Assembly: GCF_006345805.1 (NCBI RefSeq)
Contig: NC_043007.1
Location: forward strand, 35,588,001 to 35,652,000
DNA from: Octopus sinensis
Taxonomy: Eukaryota
Direction of reading: 5' to 3'
Length of the DNA: 64,000 bases
The translations under genes and the position numbers were made by a program. The notes under the pieces were generated by a model, which had not been told where the DNA came from, made no database searches, and saw only the letters and a list, made by a program, of their open reading frames with translations. Positions within the stretch are counted from its first letter, which is position 1. Every line of letters starts with the position of its first letter. This document shows positions 11,816 to 24,277 of this stretch, one piece after another.

Positions 11816-12393
11816 TACATTTTGAGAGAGGTTTGGTTGGTATTTCTAGCAAGGTGATCGATCACTTAGAGCAGTCGTTAGTACAGTTAGGAGCACATTG
11901 CGTCCCGCCGGACGAAAATTTAAGACTTTTTAGAAGTTGCGGACCGATTAATGATGAGCCAAGTCTCATGCGACCCACTTCCCAAAAATTGTTGCCTATG
12001 CCCGATTTAGAGGCCTCTCTAGGTGCGCGTGCTCCTGCTTGCGTCTGTTCATTTATTTTAATACGTGTGTTTGTATGTGTGTGCGGGAGAGAGAGAGAGA
12101 GGGAGAACTGAAAATGCATTCATATATTTTCATCAATGCTTCAAGTGTTACCTACCTATCCTACAAATTTCTTACTCAGTCCCCAGCAATCAAGTAACGG
12201 AACTAACGGGGATGTTTTCAATGACACAGATCAGAATGTACTCAAAAAGACTTCGAGTGAGAGAGAGAGTGACAGGCAGACAGACAGACAAAAAGAGAGA
12301 AGAACGGAGCGAAAACGACAGAGAGAAAGAGAAAGAGAAGTAGAGAGGAAATGACATCCCGATGGAGGAGTGTGTCAAGGAATGGTCAAGAGA

Positions 12394-12447
12394 ATGGCGT
12401 CATCTATGAAAGACAAATCCACGATCCTGTTGATACTGTTTGTTGTA
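12394..12447 (+). CDS. Possible short first coding exon (signal-peptide-like MASSMKDKSTILLILFV...), unverified
   Basis: ATGGCG start in CpG-richer unique sequence downstream of a GA tract; hydrophobic stretch; possible GTATGT donor. No homology recognised. Confidence 0.15.
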
Positions 12448-12515
12448 TGTCAACCTTTATTCTTAGGTCAACCTCGATGTTAACCTTTATTCTTAGGTCA
12501 ACCCTTGATCAAAGA

Positions 12516-12774
12516 CAGGCGACCCAAGCCACCGGTCCATGAATCATTTGGTACCGGGCCGCGCGGAGAGAATAAATTTTTGCCATTTCATTTCTATATT
12601 TTAATGACTATCAGAATATACAAGTTTTTGCATTATATATGTATTGTATATGTAATAATCAAATTATATATTATACATGTTATTGTGTTGTGTTAAGCAC
12701 ATTATCCCCTGGTCCGTGGAGAAAACGTCTGGAATGAAACCGGTCCGTGGTACAAAAAATGTTGGGGACAGCTG
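12516..12774. mobile_element. hAT Charlie/MER1-like MITE
   Basis: The 3' end ...CCCCTGGTCCGTGGAGAAAACGTCTGGAATGAAACCGGTCCGTGGTACAAAAAATGTTGGGGACAGCTG closely resembles MER1-type termini; 5' end CAGGCGACCC; flanks atcaaaga/atgaaagc (6/8). Confidence 0.7.
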
Positions 12775-13027
12775 ATGAAAGCATTCCATTCGCGACCATC
12801 TCATTTGCAGGAAACCCAGGATGATATTATCCAACACATCCTTTTTATTTATCTATTCTTTAAGACGGTAAGGATTCGAGTGATAATTGGCTATCTCTTC
12901 TAGTTGGTCGAGTGACTACAAAGCAACTTCCCTCGTGGGTTCATATACCCTTCCTTTATTTTTTAATCATTAAGTGGAGATTTATTTGGCAGCTATTTTT
13001 AGCAAACCGAGCGACCACTTTGATATA

Positions 13028-13539
13028 CCGTAAATCCTCGAGTATAATCCGCATGTTTTTCCCAAAATTTATAGGTCAAAATCCCTAGTGCGTACTATAT
13101 ACGAGGTTAAAAATGAAAATTATTTTCTAAGCAATGTCCGAGTCTCTATTTGTTGTCCGGCAATGTTTATTCAGACACATTTTGTGATGTCTGGCGTGAA
13201 AATACCTTAAGCTAAGCCTGAAAGCAATGAAGTCACAAAAGAATCATCCATAACTTGCAGTAAGCAACATTTATTAAACGTTATTACTGTTATTTCTTTA
13301 TTTTCTGCAAACAAAATTCACAAAAAAGCTACACGTTTGCATTATGTTATATATACAATAATGATAAAGGACGTTGCCGTATACATTTTTACAAACCAAG
13401 GACGTTATATAGACCTCCTTGACTCAAGTTAGAGGAGGGGTGCGTATTATACACAAGGTTTAGGTTTTTCAGAGGTACATACCCCTAAAAAAAACCTGCG
13501 TATTATACTCAAGGGCGGACTATACTCGAGGATTTACGG
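13028..13539. mobile_element. TA-flanked Tc1/pogo-type MITE
   Basis: TA|CCGTAAATCCTCGAGTATAATCCGC ... GCGGACTATACTCGAGGATTTACGG|TA. Confidence 0.9.
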
Positions 13540-13644
13540 TAATCTTGTGATGCACATTGTCTTTTTCTGTTTCCTTTGTAGATGTCCAAACGTAGTTTGA
13601 GTGAGATCTATCTGGCCGGTATATGTACTCCTGTGTTTCCTATA

Positions 13645-14026
13645 CTAGCAGTATCGCCCGGCGTTGCTCGGGTTTGTTTAGAATTGGAATTTTTGAAAAG
13701 TAAACATTTTGCATTATGTAGGTCGTTATTTTCTTTAAGTGGACACTTTTCTGGTTGAGATACACCGAAAAGTGGCGACACAGCAGTCGAAAAATCGTAA
13801 AAAATAGGGATTTTCATAGAAAAAAAGCACCTTTTTGATGTAATATTTACATTTGGTGTTAACATGGTCCGATTTGAATTTTTTCTTCTACAGAAGGAAG
13901 AGCAAGCCTTCTTCTATCATACTCTTAATTTGGTCAACTTGCGCCGCAGGGTCTCGGAGGAGATAGTGTTAGTTGAAGGCTACCAAACCTGCCATACACA
14001 GACAACTTCAGCTTTATATATAGAGA
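13645..14026 (-). mobile_element. Non-autonomous Helitron
   Basis: On the minus strand: 5' TCTCTATATATAAAG, 3' CCGAGCAACGCCGGGCGATACTG-CTAG|T; 3' end shared with 14200-14601. Confidence 0.75.
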
Positions 14027-14199
14027 GACAGTTGCTCTCTCTTCCCCTCTGTCTCACTCTCTCTCTCTTAGATAAGTATGGTTAGCAGTGGTTCACAACC
14101 AGGGTACATTTAAGATTTTCTTGTTAAGATTTATGTGCAATAAATCTATACTTCACACACAAAGAATTTTAATTTTTATTTATACAATTTCTAATAATA

Positions 14200-14601
14200 T
14201 CTTTATATATAAAAGTGAAGTTGTGTGAGTGTCTGTCTCCTACGATTTAGATTCCTAACTACTCCCACATTTTGCGGTGCAGTTTAACCAAAAGCCGGTA
14301 TCTTATAGTCGTGATTCATATCGAGCCCTTCTGGGTATTAGCGCGCGTCTACGATGAGTCTACGATTTTAGAAATAATTTACCATCATTTTTTTTCCATT
14401 TTAATGCATTTTTTCGCTATTATATAAGGGAAGTAACTCTCTAAAAATGTCTACGATGAGTCAACGATTTAAAAAAAAATTTACCATAATTTTTTTTCCA
14501 TTTTTGATGCATTTTTTTGCTATTTTTTGGCTATAACTCTCTAAAAATGCTTATATAGTTATTTCCCTTACAAACCGAGCAACGCCGGGCGATACTGCTA
14601 G
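14200..14601 (+). mobile_element. Non-autonomous Helitron
   Basis: A|TCTTTATATATAAAAG ... GC-rich subterminal segment, CTAG|T; second copy at 42094-42468. Confidence 0.85.
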
Positions 14602-14653
14602 TTTAATTATAAAAATACAGTAGAATGTTTTTCTTATATATGTACATAGAAAG

Positions 14654-14927
14654 GGTACTACTTAAGAAGAATGGTCCCGGTGCGCTCACTCTCGTACTCG
14701 CGCATTCGCGCTAGCTAGTCGTGACTAGTCGATCCTACAACGACTACCTAGCAAAGTAAATAAAACACAGAATGAATAATTTTTTTTACACTAAGTAAAT
14801 AATTTTTTTTAAACAAAGTAAATAAAATACAAAAACACAAAGTAAGGATCGACTAGTCACGACTAGCTAGCGCGGATGCGCGAGTACGCGAGTGCGCGCA
14901 CCGGGACCACTCTTCTTGAGTAGTACC
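14654..14927. mobile_element. CpG-rich MITE with 83-bp TIRs and 9-bp TSD (Merlin- or MULE-like)
   Basis: CATAGAAAG|GGTACTAC...GTAGTACC|CATAGAAAG; arms 14654-14736 and 14845-14927, ~5 mismatches. Confidence 0.85.
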
Positions 14928-15377
14928 CATAGAAAGTCCAGCAGAGTAAAAAAAACAAAAAACAAAGGGGTCTGTAAGCAAAAAGTGGTTGAAAACCACT
15001 GGGTTAGAGGGCGGTATGACTGCTATTTCTAGCATATCGACCGACCGCAAAAGAAGCCTCCCGCGTTTTGGCTTTACGGCTGCTGCCGCTATTGTTGTCG
15101 TAGCCGTATTAGCGAAAACAGTCTTATTTGCTGGCGCTGTCTCCTTCCAGCAGAATATGTCCCCGAGTGGGACAGCAACGACGTGGATCAATGAATTAAT
15201 TATATAGACAGTGTATTGTGTAGACTGTATTTCTCCCTCCTTCCTTAACTGACCGGCTGCTCGGTTGGCTGACTGGACGGCTCGACTGTCCAGACTTATG
15301 AACTTAAAGCGTGTGTATGTGCGCGTGCAGACAGACATATATATACTGTCAGACCAAAAATTATTCGTACAACTCTC

Positions 15378-15756
15378 ACTCTTTCACTTGTTTCAGTCAT
15401 TTTGACTGCGGCCATGCTGGAGCACCGCCTTTAGTCGAGCAAATCGAACCCCAGGACTTATTCTTTGTAAGCCTAGTACTTATTCTATCGGTCTCTCTTT
15501 TTTGCCGAACCGCTAAGTTACGGGGGCGTGAACACTCCAGCACCGGTTGTCAAGCGATGTTGGGGGGGACAAACACAGATACACAAGTATATACATATAT
15601 ACGACGGGCTTCTTTCAGTTTCCGTCTACCAAATCCACTCACAAGGCTTTGGTTGGCCTGAGGCTATAGCAAGAAGACACTTGCCCAAGGTGCTACGCAG
15701 TGGGACTGAACCCAGATCCATGTGGTTCGTAAGCAAGCTACTTACCACACAGCCAC
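15378..15756 (-). mobile_element. SINE family A, full length
   Basis: Reverse complement of the family A consensus. Confidence 0.9.
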
Positions 15757-15865
15757 CTACATTTTTCACAATAATTTAGGAAATAAAAGTATTTTTGATT
15801 GCATTTTTGACAAAACTTCCTGTTGAACACCACCAAAATACACCGCTTTTTTTATTTAAGTTTTA

Positions 15866-16240
15866 TTTTTCTACATAAACCCCCATTTTCGGCTACGGAG
15901 AATATGAATCTGCAAAGAAATTGGCAAAAATTGGCATTTTGAAATTACCCCACCCCAACCGCCCTAATTTCTTCATTTTAAACTATTTTCAGAAATTTTT
16001 TTTTCAAGATATGCTGAAAAATACATACATTATGATTCTGAAAAAAATTTCCAAAATTTTTCTAATAGGGTTAGGGTTAGGTTTGGGGCTTTAGGGTTAC
16101 AGTTATGGTTAGGATTTGGGAAAAAAGTGAAAAATGAAAAAATTAGGGGGAGGGGAAAGGGGGACCAAGAAATTTCAAAATGCCAATTTTTGGCAATTTT
16201 CCCCAATCTCCATATCCGAAAACGGGTGTTTTTAGCAAAA
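15866..16240. mobile_element. Inverted-repeat element with a degenerate (TTAGGG)n core
   Basis: attggcaaaaattggcattttgaaatt / aatttcaaaatgccaatttttggcaat inverted arms; core tagggttagggttagg at ~16066-16120. Confidence 0.65.
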
Positions 16241-16752
16241 AAAAAAAAGAAAATTGCAAGAAAATGAGTGGAGGGACAGGAGGAAGTCTTTCCCATTTTT
16301 TAATGTATGGTCTCTTAATTCCAACAAAACAATATAAAACATTACAAATAAGAAAAAGTTTAATATTTTTTAAAATATTCAAATTTTAAATATTTGAAGA
16401 ACAAAAAATTATCCGTACACATGAAGAATCAGAAGAATTAATTACAAGAGTTTGTGATAATCTCACATGCAGCGATGTTCTAACATCCACAAACCATTCA
16501 AACAAGGCGTCTCTCACGCCTGGTGCTTTTGTTTTACGACTCCTCCAGCACCTCTGAAATGCTTCTTTGGATTTCTTTCAGTACTGTTAAGTTCACCTTT
16601 CAGATATTTTTCGTAGCAGCGTTTGGCTGCTTTAAAAACAGAACCAAATAGTTGACAAGAGTTTTTTACACAGACCAAATTTCGAGGAAAACAAATGTCC
16701 AGGACATGGCATTTCCTTTTAGCATCCCAATGAGTTTTTCCTTTCATTCACT

Positions 16753-17203
16753 TTAACCCTTTTGTTACTGTTTTTATTTTGAGATACTCTGTGTTTCTTT
16801 TAATTACTTTAAATATAACAAAGAATTTAGTAAAATAACCTTATCATTAACCCTTTTGTTACTGTATTTATTTTGAGATGCTCTGTGTTTCTTCCAATTA
16901 TTTTAAATATAATGAAGAATTTAGTAAAATAACATGGTTATCATTAACCTAGTGTTAGGAACATAAATTGTGACTAAGATTTGGTGGCAGATTTGAATTC
17001 AAAACTTATGAAAACAAGACATTTATACTAAAGAGCCAGAGCCAGTTTCAACCAGGTTGGTAACAAAAGGGTTAAGCTAGTGTTAGGAACATGAATTGTG
17101 AGTAAGGTCTGGAGGAAGATTTTAATTCAGAACTTATATAAATAAGACATTTATATTACAAAGCCAGAGCCGGTTTCAGCCAGGTTGGTAATGAAAGGGT
17201 TAA
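16753..17203 (+). mobile_element. piggyBac-like MITE inserted into another copy of itself
   Basis: Outer copy 16753-16850 plus 17072-17203 is split at its internal TTAA by an inner copy 16847-17075; TTAA duplicated. Confidence 0.85.
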
Positions 17204-17580
17204 TTCAGAATCATCCTCCTCTTTGCATTTATTTGTTCACCACAATAGCAAATGCTTACTTTTTTTCTATAGAATAATTTCCATACGTCTGCCATGATGT
17301 TATGAAAAAAGTTCAAAGAGAAATTGCTTGAGTCATGTTGATGTTGTTAGATCCTTATTCCAGGAAAAGCTTGTCCTATAAGGATAAACAGTTCATCATT
17401 GAAGTTCCTAGTTTGCGTAGAATTTGTGTTGGTGATTAGTAGAGAAACCATAGAGAAATTGAAAATGAAAGTTTGTAGACTACAGTGTAGAGTAGCAGTA
17501 GACTCATGCAAATGTTACAAACTGGGGCAGTTGTCCAGCCTCAAGTTCTTGTAAACTCTGGCTGGTTGTGAAACATGCTT

Positions 17581-17996
17581 TCTTATTTCTTTACTGCCCA
17601 CAAGGGGCTACTCACAGAGGGGACAAACAAGAACAGACAAACGGATTAAGTCGATTATATCAACCCAGGGTGTAACTGGTACTTATTTAATCGACCCTGA
17701 AAGGATGAAAGGCAAAGTCGACCTTGGCGGAATTTGAACTCAGAACGTAGTGGCAGACGAAATACCTATTTCTTTACTACCCACATGGGGCCAAACACAG
17801 AGGGGACAAACAAGAACAGACAAATGGATTAAGTCGATTATATCGACCCAGGGTGTAACTGGTACTTATTTAATCGACCCCGAAAGGATGAAAGGCAAAG
17901 TCGACCTCAGCGGAATTTGAACTCAGAACGTAGTGGCAGACGAAATACCACTAAGCATTTCGCCCGGTGTGCTAACGTTTCTGCTAGCTCACCGCC
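17581..17996 (-). mobile_element. SINE family B with tandem headless unit
   Basis: Full copy 17766-17996 plus a duplicated 3' body; same junction as at 82/83. Confidence 0.85.
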
Positions 17997-18499
17997 TTCT
18001 GACAGCAATTTCCTTGTTTTCTATTTCTTCTGAAGCAGGTGTGTTGTGTCTCAAAATGATTGATTTTCTTAAGGTTGAAGGTTATCAATGCCCTAAAATG
18101 TTGAAAGTTCACCTGCATGAACTTTGGCTATTATATATTGTGGATAAATATTTTTCTTAACACTTCGGGTTAAAAATTAATGGGTGGTTGGGCGCAAATT
18201 ATTCAAGACCCCAGAGTATATATGTATGCATAAATGTATGTATATACATGAATGTATACATGTGTGAAAGTTCTCTTCCATTCATGATTATTTGAAGTCT
18301 TCTTATAATGAAGAAATCGGTTTATTACAAAGACACAAAGCTTATTGGAATGTAGATGACTAAGACAAATTCATATTTTGAATTTGAGAAAAGTCTTGCA
18401 TATATTTATTGTTCCACTTACAGTCTATATTTGTATAATGTGCTTGTTGGTATGCAGAGTGTTACTGTTGTAGTTCTTTAGTATTCTATATGAGCCCTG

Positions 18500-18915
18500 C
18501 ACTTTTAGGCTCATATCTGAGATCATCAATAAGTGGCTATTTCTTGAAGAGTTCGTTACCGGTTTGTGGGATGTTATTTACTTCATCTTTGAGTACTTGA
18601 ATGATATTGTTATTTTCACTGCTTTTGCTTTGTAGATGTTGCCTGAATGATATCATATGGCACTTGAAGGGTGCCTGTACTAAACTTAAGCTTTTTCCTC
18701 CTTTTCTCTTGAGACAAAGTCTGTCATTATCACGTTTTCTAGAGAGATTTGCAGCTAATGTCACGATATTATGGGTTTAATTGTCTATGGAACATTTCCT
18801 CTGTAGAGCAGTCAAATATCCCAAGTGTTGTTATTAATAGTGGTACTCAAATGCATTGTGGGAGCATTCTCTTGAGCTATTGTCTTGCTGCCTCTTTAAG
18901 TCTGTACTCAACAAA
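18500..18915 (-). pseudogene. Remnant of an RLE-clade (R4/Dong/NeSL-like) non-LTR RT thumb region
   Basis: Translation DNDRLCLKRKGGKSLSLVQ resembles the DxDRLYLxRKxGGRGL motif; multiple stops. Confidence 0.55.
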
Positions 18916-18922
18916 ATTGCTA

Positions 18923-19200
18923 ATCATCATCATCATCATCATCATCATTTAACATCTGCTTTCCATGCTAGCAAGGGTTGGACGATTTGACTGAGGTCTG
19001 GCGAACCAGACTCCAATCTGATCTGGCAGAGTTTCTTCAGCTGGATGCCCTTCCTAACGCCAACCACTCCGAGAGTGTAGTGGGTGCTTTTACGTGCCAC
19101 CGGCACAAGGGCCAGTTTGGTGGTACTGGCAACGGCCACATCCAAATGGTGCTTTTTACATGCCACCTGCACAGGAGCCAGTCCAGCGGCACTAGGCATG
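18923..19200 (-). mobile_element. SINE family D ((TGA)n tail)
   Basis: (cat)n-tttaacatctgctttccatgctagc...ctggatgcccttcctaacgccaacc; homologues at 28655, 33126, 33820, 35500 and 46533. Confidence 0.75.
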
Positions 19201-20439
19201 CTATATAACAAGTATAGTACTCGTTAAGTACTGTACTTGCATGATATATTTCCATAAATATCTAGATAATTGGAGCACTAGTTTTGGGAGAGACCTATGA
19301 TATAAAGATTTTAGGGTTGGGGAAAATGTTTCCTATGTTCAACTATTAAATATGACCATTTGTTTTAGCCAAATTCCATTCCTATGTCAGAGAAAAATGT
19401 TGTTCAGCTGTTTTTCAGATTTGTAAATATTTCAGACATAGATCTTTAGATTTGATTTTAGGAAGGGCATCCAGCTCTAAAAAATCCAGCAAAAACAATC
19501 ACAGAAGTCTGGTGCAGGCTTCTGCCTGGTCGGCTCCTGTCGAACCATCCTACCCATATCAGCATGGAAGGTGGATATTAAACAATGATGATGATGAAAT
19601 TACAGGTAATATTAATGCTTCTCTCTTGAAGGTGACAAGCTGGTGGAATCATTATTGCATTGGAAAATGAGCTTAGCAGGATTTCTTCCTACTTTACTTT
19701 CTGAGTTCAAATACCACTGCAGTTGACTTTGGCCTCTCATCCTTTTGGGGTCAATAAAATAAGTTCCAGTTGAGCAGTGGGGACAATGTAATTGACTCGT
19801 ACCCTTTCCCACAATTGCTGGCCTTGTGCCTAAATTTAAAGCCAGTATTGGTGTTTATGGCTATTAGTAGTTGGAGACTCTAAGACATAACCAGAAGATT
19901 TCTGCAAAAGGAATGATACTGAATTTAGGGACAAAATACACAGAATCATAGAATTGCCTGTTGCCATGGAATTTTCCCACTGAAATATAATATCAGAGAC
20001 AAAAGCAAGGTGGCAAGCTGGCAAAGTAGTTGGTACACCAGGTAAAATGCTTAGTGGCATTTCATCCATTTTAATGTTCTGAGTTCAGATTCCACAAAGG
20101 TCAGCTTTGCCTTTCATCCTTTCGGGGTTGGTGAAATAAGTGCCCGTTGAACACTGGAGTTGATGAAATTGACTTACACCTTCCCCTGAAATTGCTGGCC
20201 TTGTACCAAAATTTGAAATCAATATCAGAGACAATAGTTCCATTTTCGATTACAGGAGTGAGAATATGTGGACTAGATTCATAAACATGTCCCTTTTAAA
20301 GGGCAGTCACTAAGGCAGCAAGCACTTTTAACAAATGTACTGACTTCAGTAGTCATGAGATGGGAATGGAGTCAAATTATTTTGCTGTAATCAAGCCATA
20401 CTGTCACAAGGTTTCCATGTTGTTTTCTTATTTCACACA

Positions 20440-21825
20440 GGTGCAGGAGTGGCTGTGTGGTAAGTAGCTTGCTTACCAACCACATGGTTCTGGGTTCAGT
20501 CCCACTGTGGGGCACCTTGGACAAGTGTCTTCTACTATAGCCTCGGGCTGACCAAAGCCTTGTAAGTGGATTTGGTAGACGGAAACTGAAAGAAGCCTGT
20601 TGTATATATGTATATGTATATATGTGAATGTGTTTGTCCCTCCAACATCGCTTGACAACTGATGCTGGTGTGTTTACATCCCCTTAACTTAGCGGTTCAG
20701 CAAAAGAGACTGATAGAATAAGTACTAGGCTTCCAAAGAATAAGTCCTGGGTTGATTTGCTTGACTAAAGGCGGTGCTCCAGCATGACCGCAGTCAAATG
20801 ACTGAAACAAGTAAAAGAGTAAAAGAGAGTAAAGAGTACAGCTTTATTTACTAAAAATTGTTTCACACATCCTCACTTCTCTTTCCACCCATCTGCTCAT
20901 CAGTGACTATATGGTCAGACTTGCAATGGTGTTAGTGGAATTGGTTCTGGTATCTTGTATCCTATTTGTACATAACAGGAACAGGCATGGCTGTATGGTA
21001 AGAAGCTTGCTTCCCAACCACATGGTTCCAAGTTGAGTTCCACTGCATAGTACCTTGGGCTAGTGTCTCCTACTATAGCCTCCAGCTGACCAAAGCCTTG
21101 CAAGTGGATCTGGTAACCAGAAACTTAAAGAAGTCTATTGTGTGTGTGTGTGTGTGTGTGTGTCTATCTGTCTGTCTGTTTGTCTGAATCTTTGTGTCTT
21201 GTGTTTGTTCCCAACCACTGCTTGACAACTGACGTTGGTGTGTCTATGTCTCCATAACTTAGTAGTTCAGTAAAAGAGATCAATAGAATAAGTATCAAGT
21301 TTTAAAAAAATAATAAAATAGGTACTGGAGTAGATTCATTCATCAAAAAATTCTTCAAAGGTGATACTCTAGCATGACTGCCATCTAATGACTGAAGCAA
21401 ATGCAAAGATAATAAGGATGTAAAGATAATAAGCACTGGAGTGGCTAAAAGGTAAGAAGCTTGCTTCCCAACTTCATGGTTCCAGGTTCAGTTTCACTGC
21501 ATGGTACCTTGGGCAAGTGTCTTCTACTATAGCCTCAGGCTAACCAAAGCCTTATGAGTGAATTTGGTAGACGGAAACTGAAAGAAGCCCATCATATATA
21601 TATTTGTATATGTTTGTGTTTCTGTGTTTGTCCCCCCATCACCATCGCTTGACAACCATTGTTGGTGTGTTTATATCCTTGTACCTTAGCTGTTCAGCAA
21701 AAAAAAAACACAATAGAATAAGTGCTAGGCTTACAAAGAATAAGTCTTGGGGTCGATTCTTGCGACTAAAGGTGGTGCTCCAGCATGACCACAGTCAAAT
21801 GACTGAAACAAGTAAAGGAGTAAAG
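20440..21825 (+). mobile_element. Cluster of three tandem-oriented SINE A copies (20440-20838, ~20983-21410, ~21433-21825)
   Basis: Each has the family A head, body and tail. Confidence 0.85.
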
Positions 21826-22639
21826 CAATATAATGTGAAGGTAGGCTATGAATCTATAGTTCTCCAAAGCAATGTTTATGTTCTTGGCCACAAGGTATGC
21901 TCTTGTTCTGACAAACCAGTTCAATATGTGTATCTGGCCTTCGATGGTTTTCTGAAGCATTCATATTCTTTTCTTTCTTTCTTTTATTCTTTTACTCGTT
22001 TCAGTCATTTGACTGTGGCCATGCTGGGGCACCATATTTAGTCAAGCAAATTGACCCCAGGACTTATTCTTTGTAAGCCTAGTACTTATTCTGTCGGTCT
22101 CTTTTTGTAATGGTATTCACTTGAAAATAATTTTTAAAAAACATTAAAATATTGTCTGCTTAAAGAAAGCTAAAATGTAAATACTTACTGTACAAACAAC
22201 TTACATTTTTGAAATCACATTCAATTAAAAATATTTCTAAATGATTAGAATATTGTGTTTAACAAAAGTGAAAATAGAAACATTTACTGTAAAAAACAAA
22301 TCATATGTTTTCGTTGTCAAGGGACTGTATCTAGTCGAAAGGTAAGAATTTCTTCCTTTTCAGGATTAAGTTACCTTCGCAATATTTTTCCATTATGCAT
22401 TGTTTGGGGGCATTTATACCCCAGAAACCCTTAATATTTCAGCAACCACTTGTCTGATTTACATGAAATTTGTTTTATTCCGTTTGTATTCACATTTCAG
22501 GGAGAACTTAATTCATAGTAGTTGTTATGGCTGGTCAGAGAATGACCATTTGTTTCACACCTATAAAGTGCTAAGCTGTATAGATGACCCTTCAGACTCA
22601 AAATGGCCAATGGCACATAACCTCCACATGGAGGCACAT

Positions 22640-22925
22640 GGCTTAGTGGTTTGAGTAGCGGACTTGCAGTCAAGGGATCATGAGTTTGAATCTCAGACCC
22701 GGTGGTGTGTGTGTTTATGAGCGAAACACCTAAGCTCCATGCGGCTCCGGCAGAAGGTAATGGCAAACTTCTGCTGACTCTTTCACCACAATTTTCTCTC
22801 ACTCTTTCCTCCTGCATCTAGCAGCTCACCTGCGAGGGACCATTGTCCTGTCCAGGTGGGGAACATATACGCCAAGGAAACCGGGAAACCGGTCCTTATG
22901 AGTCAGGCGTGGCTCGAGAAGGAAA
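22640..22925 (+). mobile_element. SINE family C (tRNA head ggaggcacatggcttagtgg)
   Basis: Homologous to 33367-33670, 36905-37205 (minus) and 37553-37770. Confidence 0.75.
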
Positions 22926-24192
22926 TGGCACATAACATCTTTTTTTAAATGAAGATAGGAAACATATATAACAAGACATTACAGTATCAACCAGGATATT
23001 GGACATTGTTACACATCACTGGTCACCATGCACTTCACATTCTTTTAGCTTCCAAATGATACCATAGGTTAGTGGGTCATATCCTGATATCTTCTGAAAC
23101 AAATACCATGTGCATAAGCACCCCTCTTACACCACACACAAACACTCATATCCCCCCCCCCCATTACCCCTCTTACTTCCCCTCGCTCACTAGTTGTCTC
23201 CCTTTTCATTCTTTTTTCTTCCGCTCTCATTTTGTCATCTCTCCCTCTTTCTCATTCTTTCAACTTATTCACTTTTTCTCTCACTCTCACTCTCACTCTC
23301 ACTCCATCTTTATCCATTTAATCTCATTGCATCTCAAATTCTGCTTCCACTTCTGGTCATTCTATTCCACTTCTCTGCTTTCATTCTCTCTGGAACCTAC
23401 TGCGTGAACAAACATCTTTTGGGGGTATTGTACACTTTTTAACTTTTACTTCTGATTCTCACTTCCATTTGCTTATTGCTTTTCTTCTTCTCTTTGATAA
23501 AGTGAAAATGACTTTAAAGATATGATAAATATTTCGTAAAAGAAAAAGACCCGTTCGTATCTTGGAGTGAAATAATTTTTTTCCATAGATTTTTTCCGAG
23601 TGCATTCAACATATCTCACCTGCAAGATTTGGCTGCTATTTCTAGCACACCCTGCTACCACGTATCTGAATTATCAGATTCGATGATGATGATGATCTTC
23701 CATTCCTTTTACGTATGAAATTTCATTGTACACTTCTTTGTCTGTTGTTCTTTCTCTTTATACATTTATACATGTCACTCCACACACATGCATGTACTTC
23801 TTTACTCACAAACATACACATACACACGCGATTGCCCATACACAGGCACACATTATTCTCATATGCACATGCTTACGCACAGACACTCTAGCCATGTTAC
23901 TGTTGTCTCCCCTGTCACTCTCATCTCCAACAGGTTTCTACCTTCTGATCAGATCAACATGTGCAACTGTTAATCCAGACATGTTTTCTTTCTTGCTCTC
24001 GGTTATTTTTTCTCTTTCCATCGGTTTTCTTTCCACATCCCTTTCCTTAGAAGAGCATAGGCTCAAAACATCAACAACTTCTATTTTTCCTCAGCACCAA
24101 ACTAATACACCTTGTTTATTCTTCCTTCGCCTTCTCTGCCTTTTGTATTTTTGTTTTGTATTTGTACCATTTTGAACCATATATATTTTTTA

Positions 24193-24243
<51 letters not shown>

Positions 24244-24277
24244 CATACATATATGTTAGTTTGATCAATAAGTATGT

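Larger units (their letters stand above)
14086..15001. mobile_element. hAT-like MITE hosting two nested elements
   Basis: CAGTGGTTCACAACC ... GGTTGAAAACCACTG terminal inverted repeats; ggttag on both flanks. Confidence 0.7.

Noticed and set aside
22501-22650. Acceptor ttcacatttcag|G with one open frame (ENLIHSSCYGWSEND...)
   Set aside because: No good donor before it runs into a SINE, and the peptide is unrecognised. The same holds for acceptor-like sites near 1300, 1709, 3438 and 8307.
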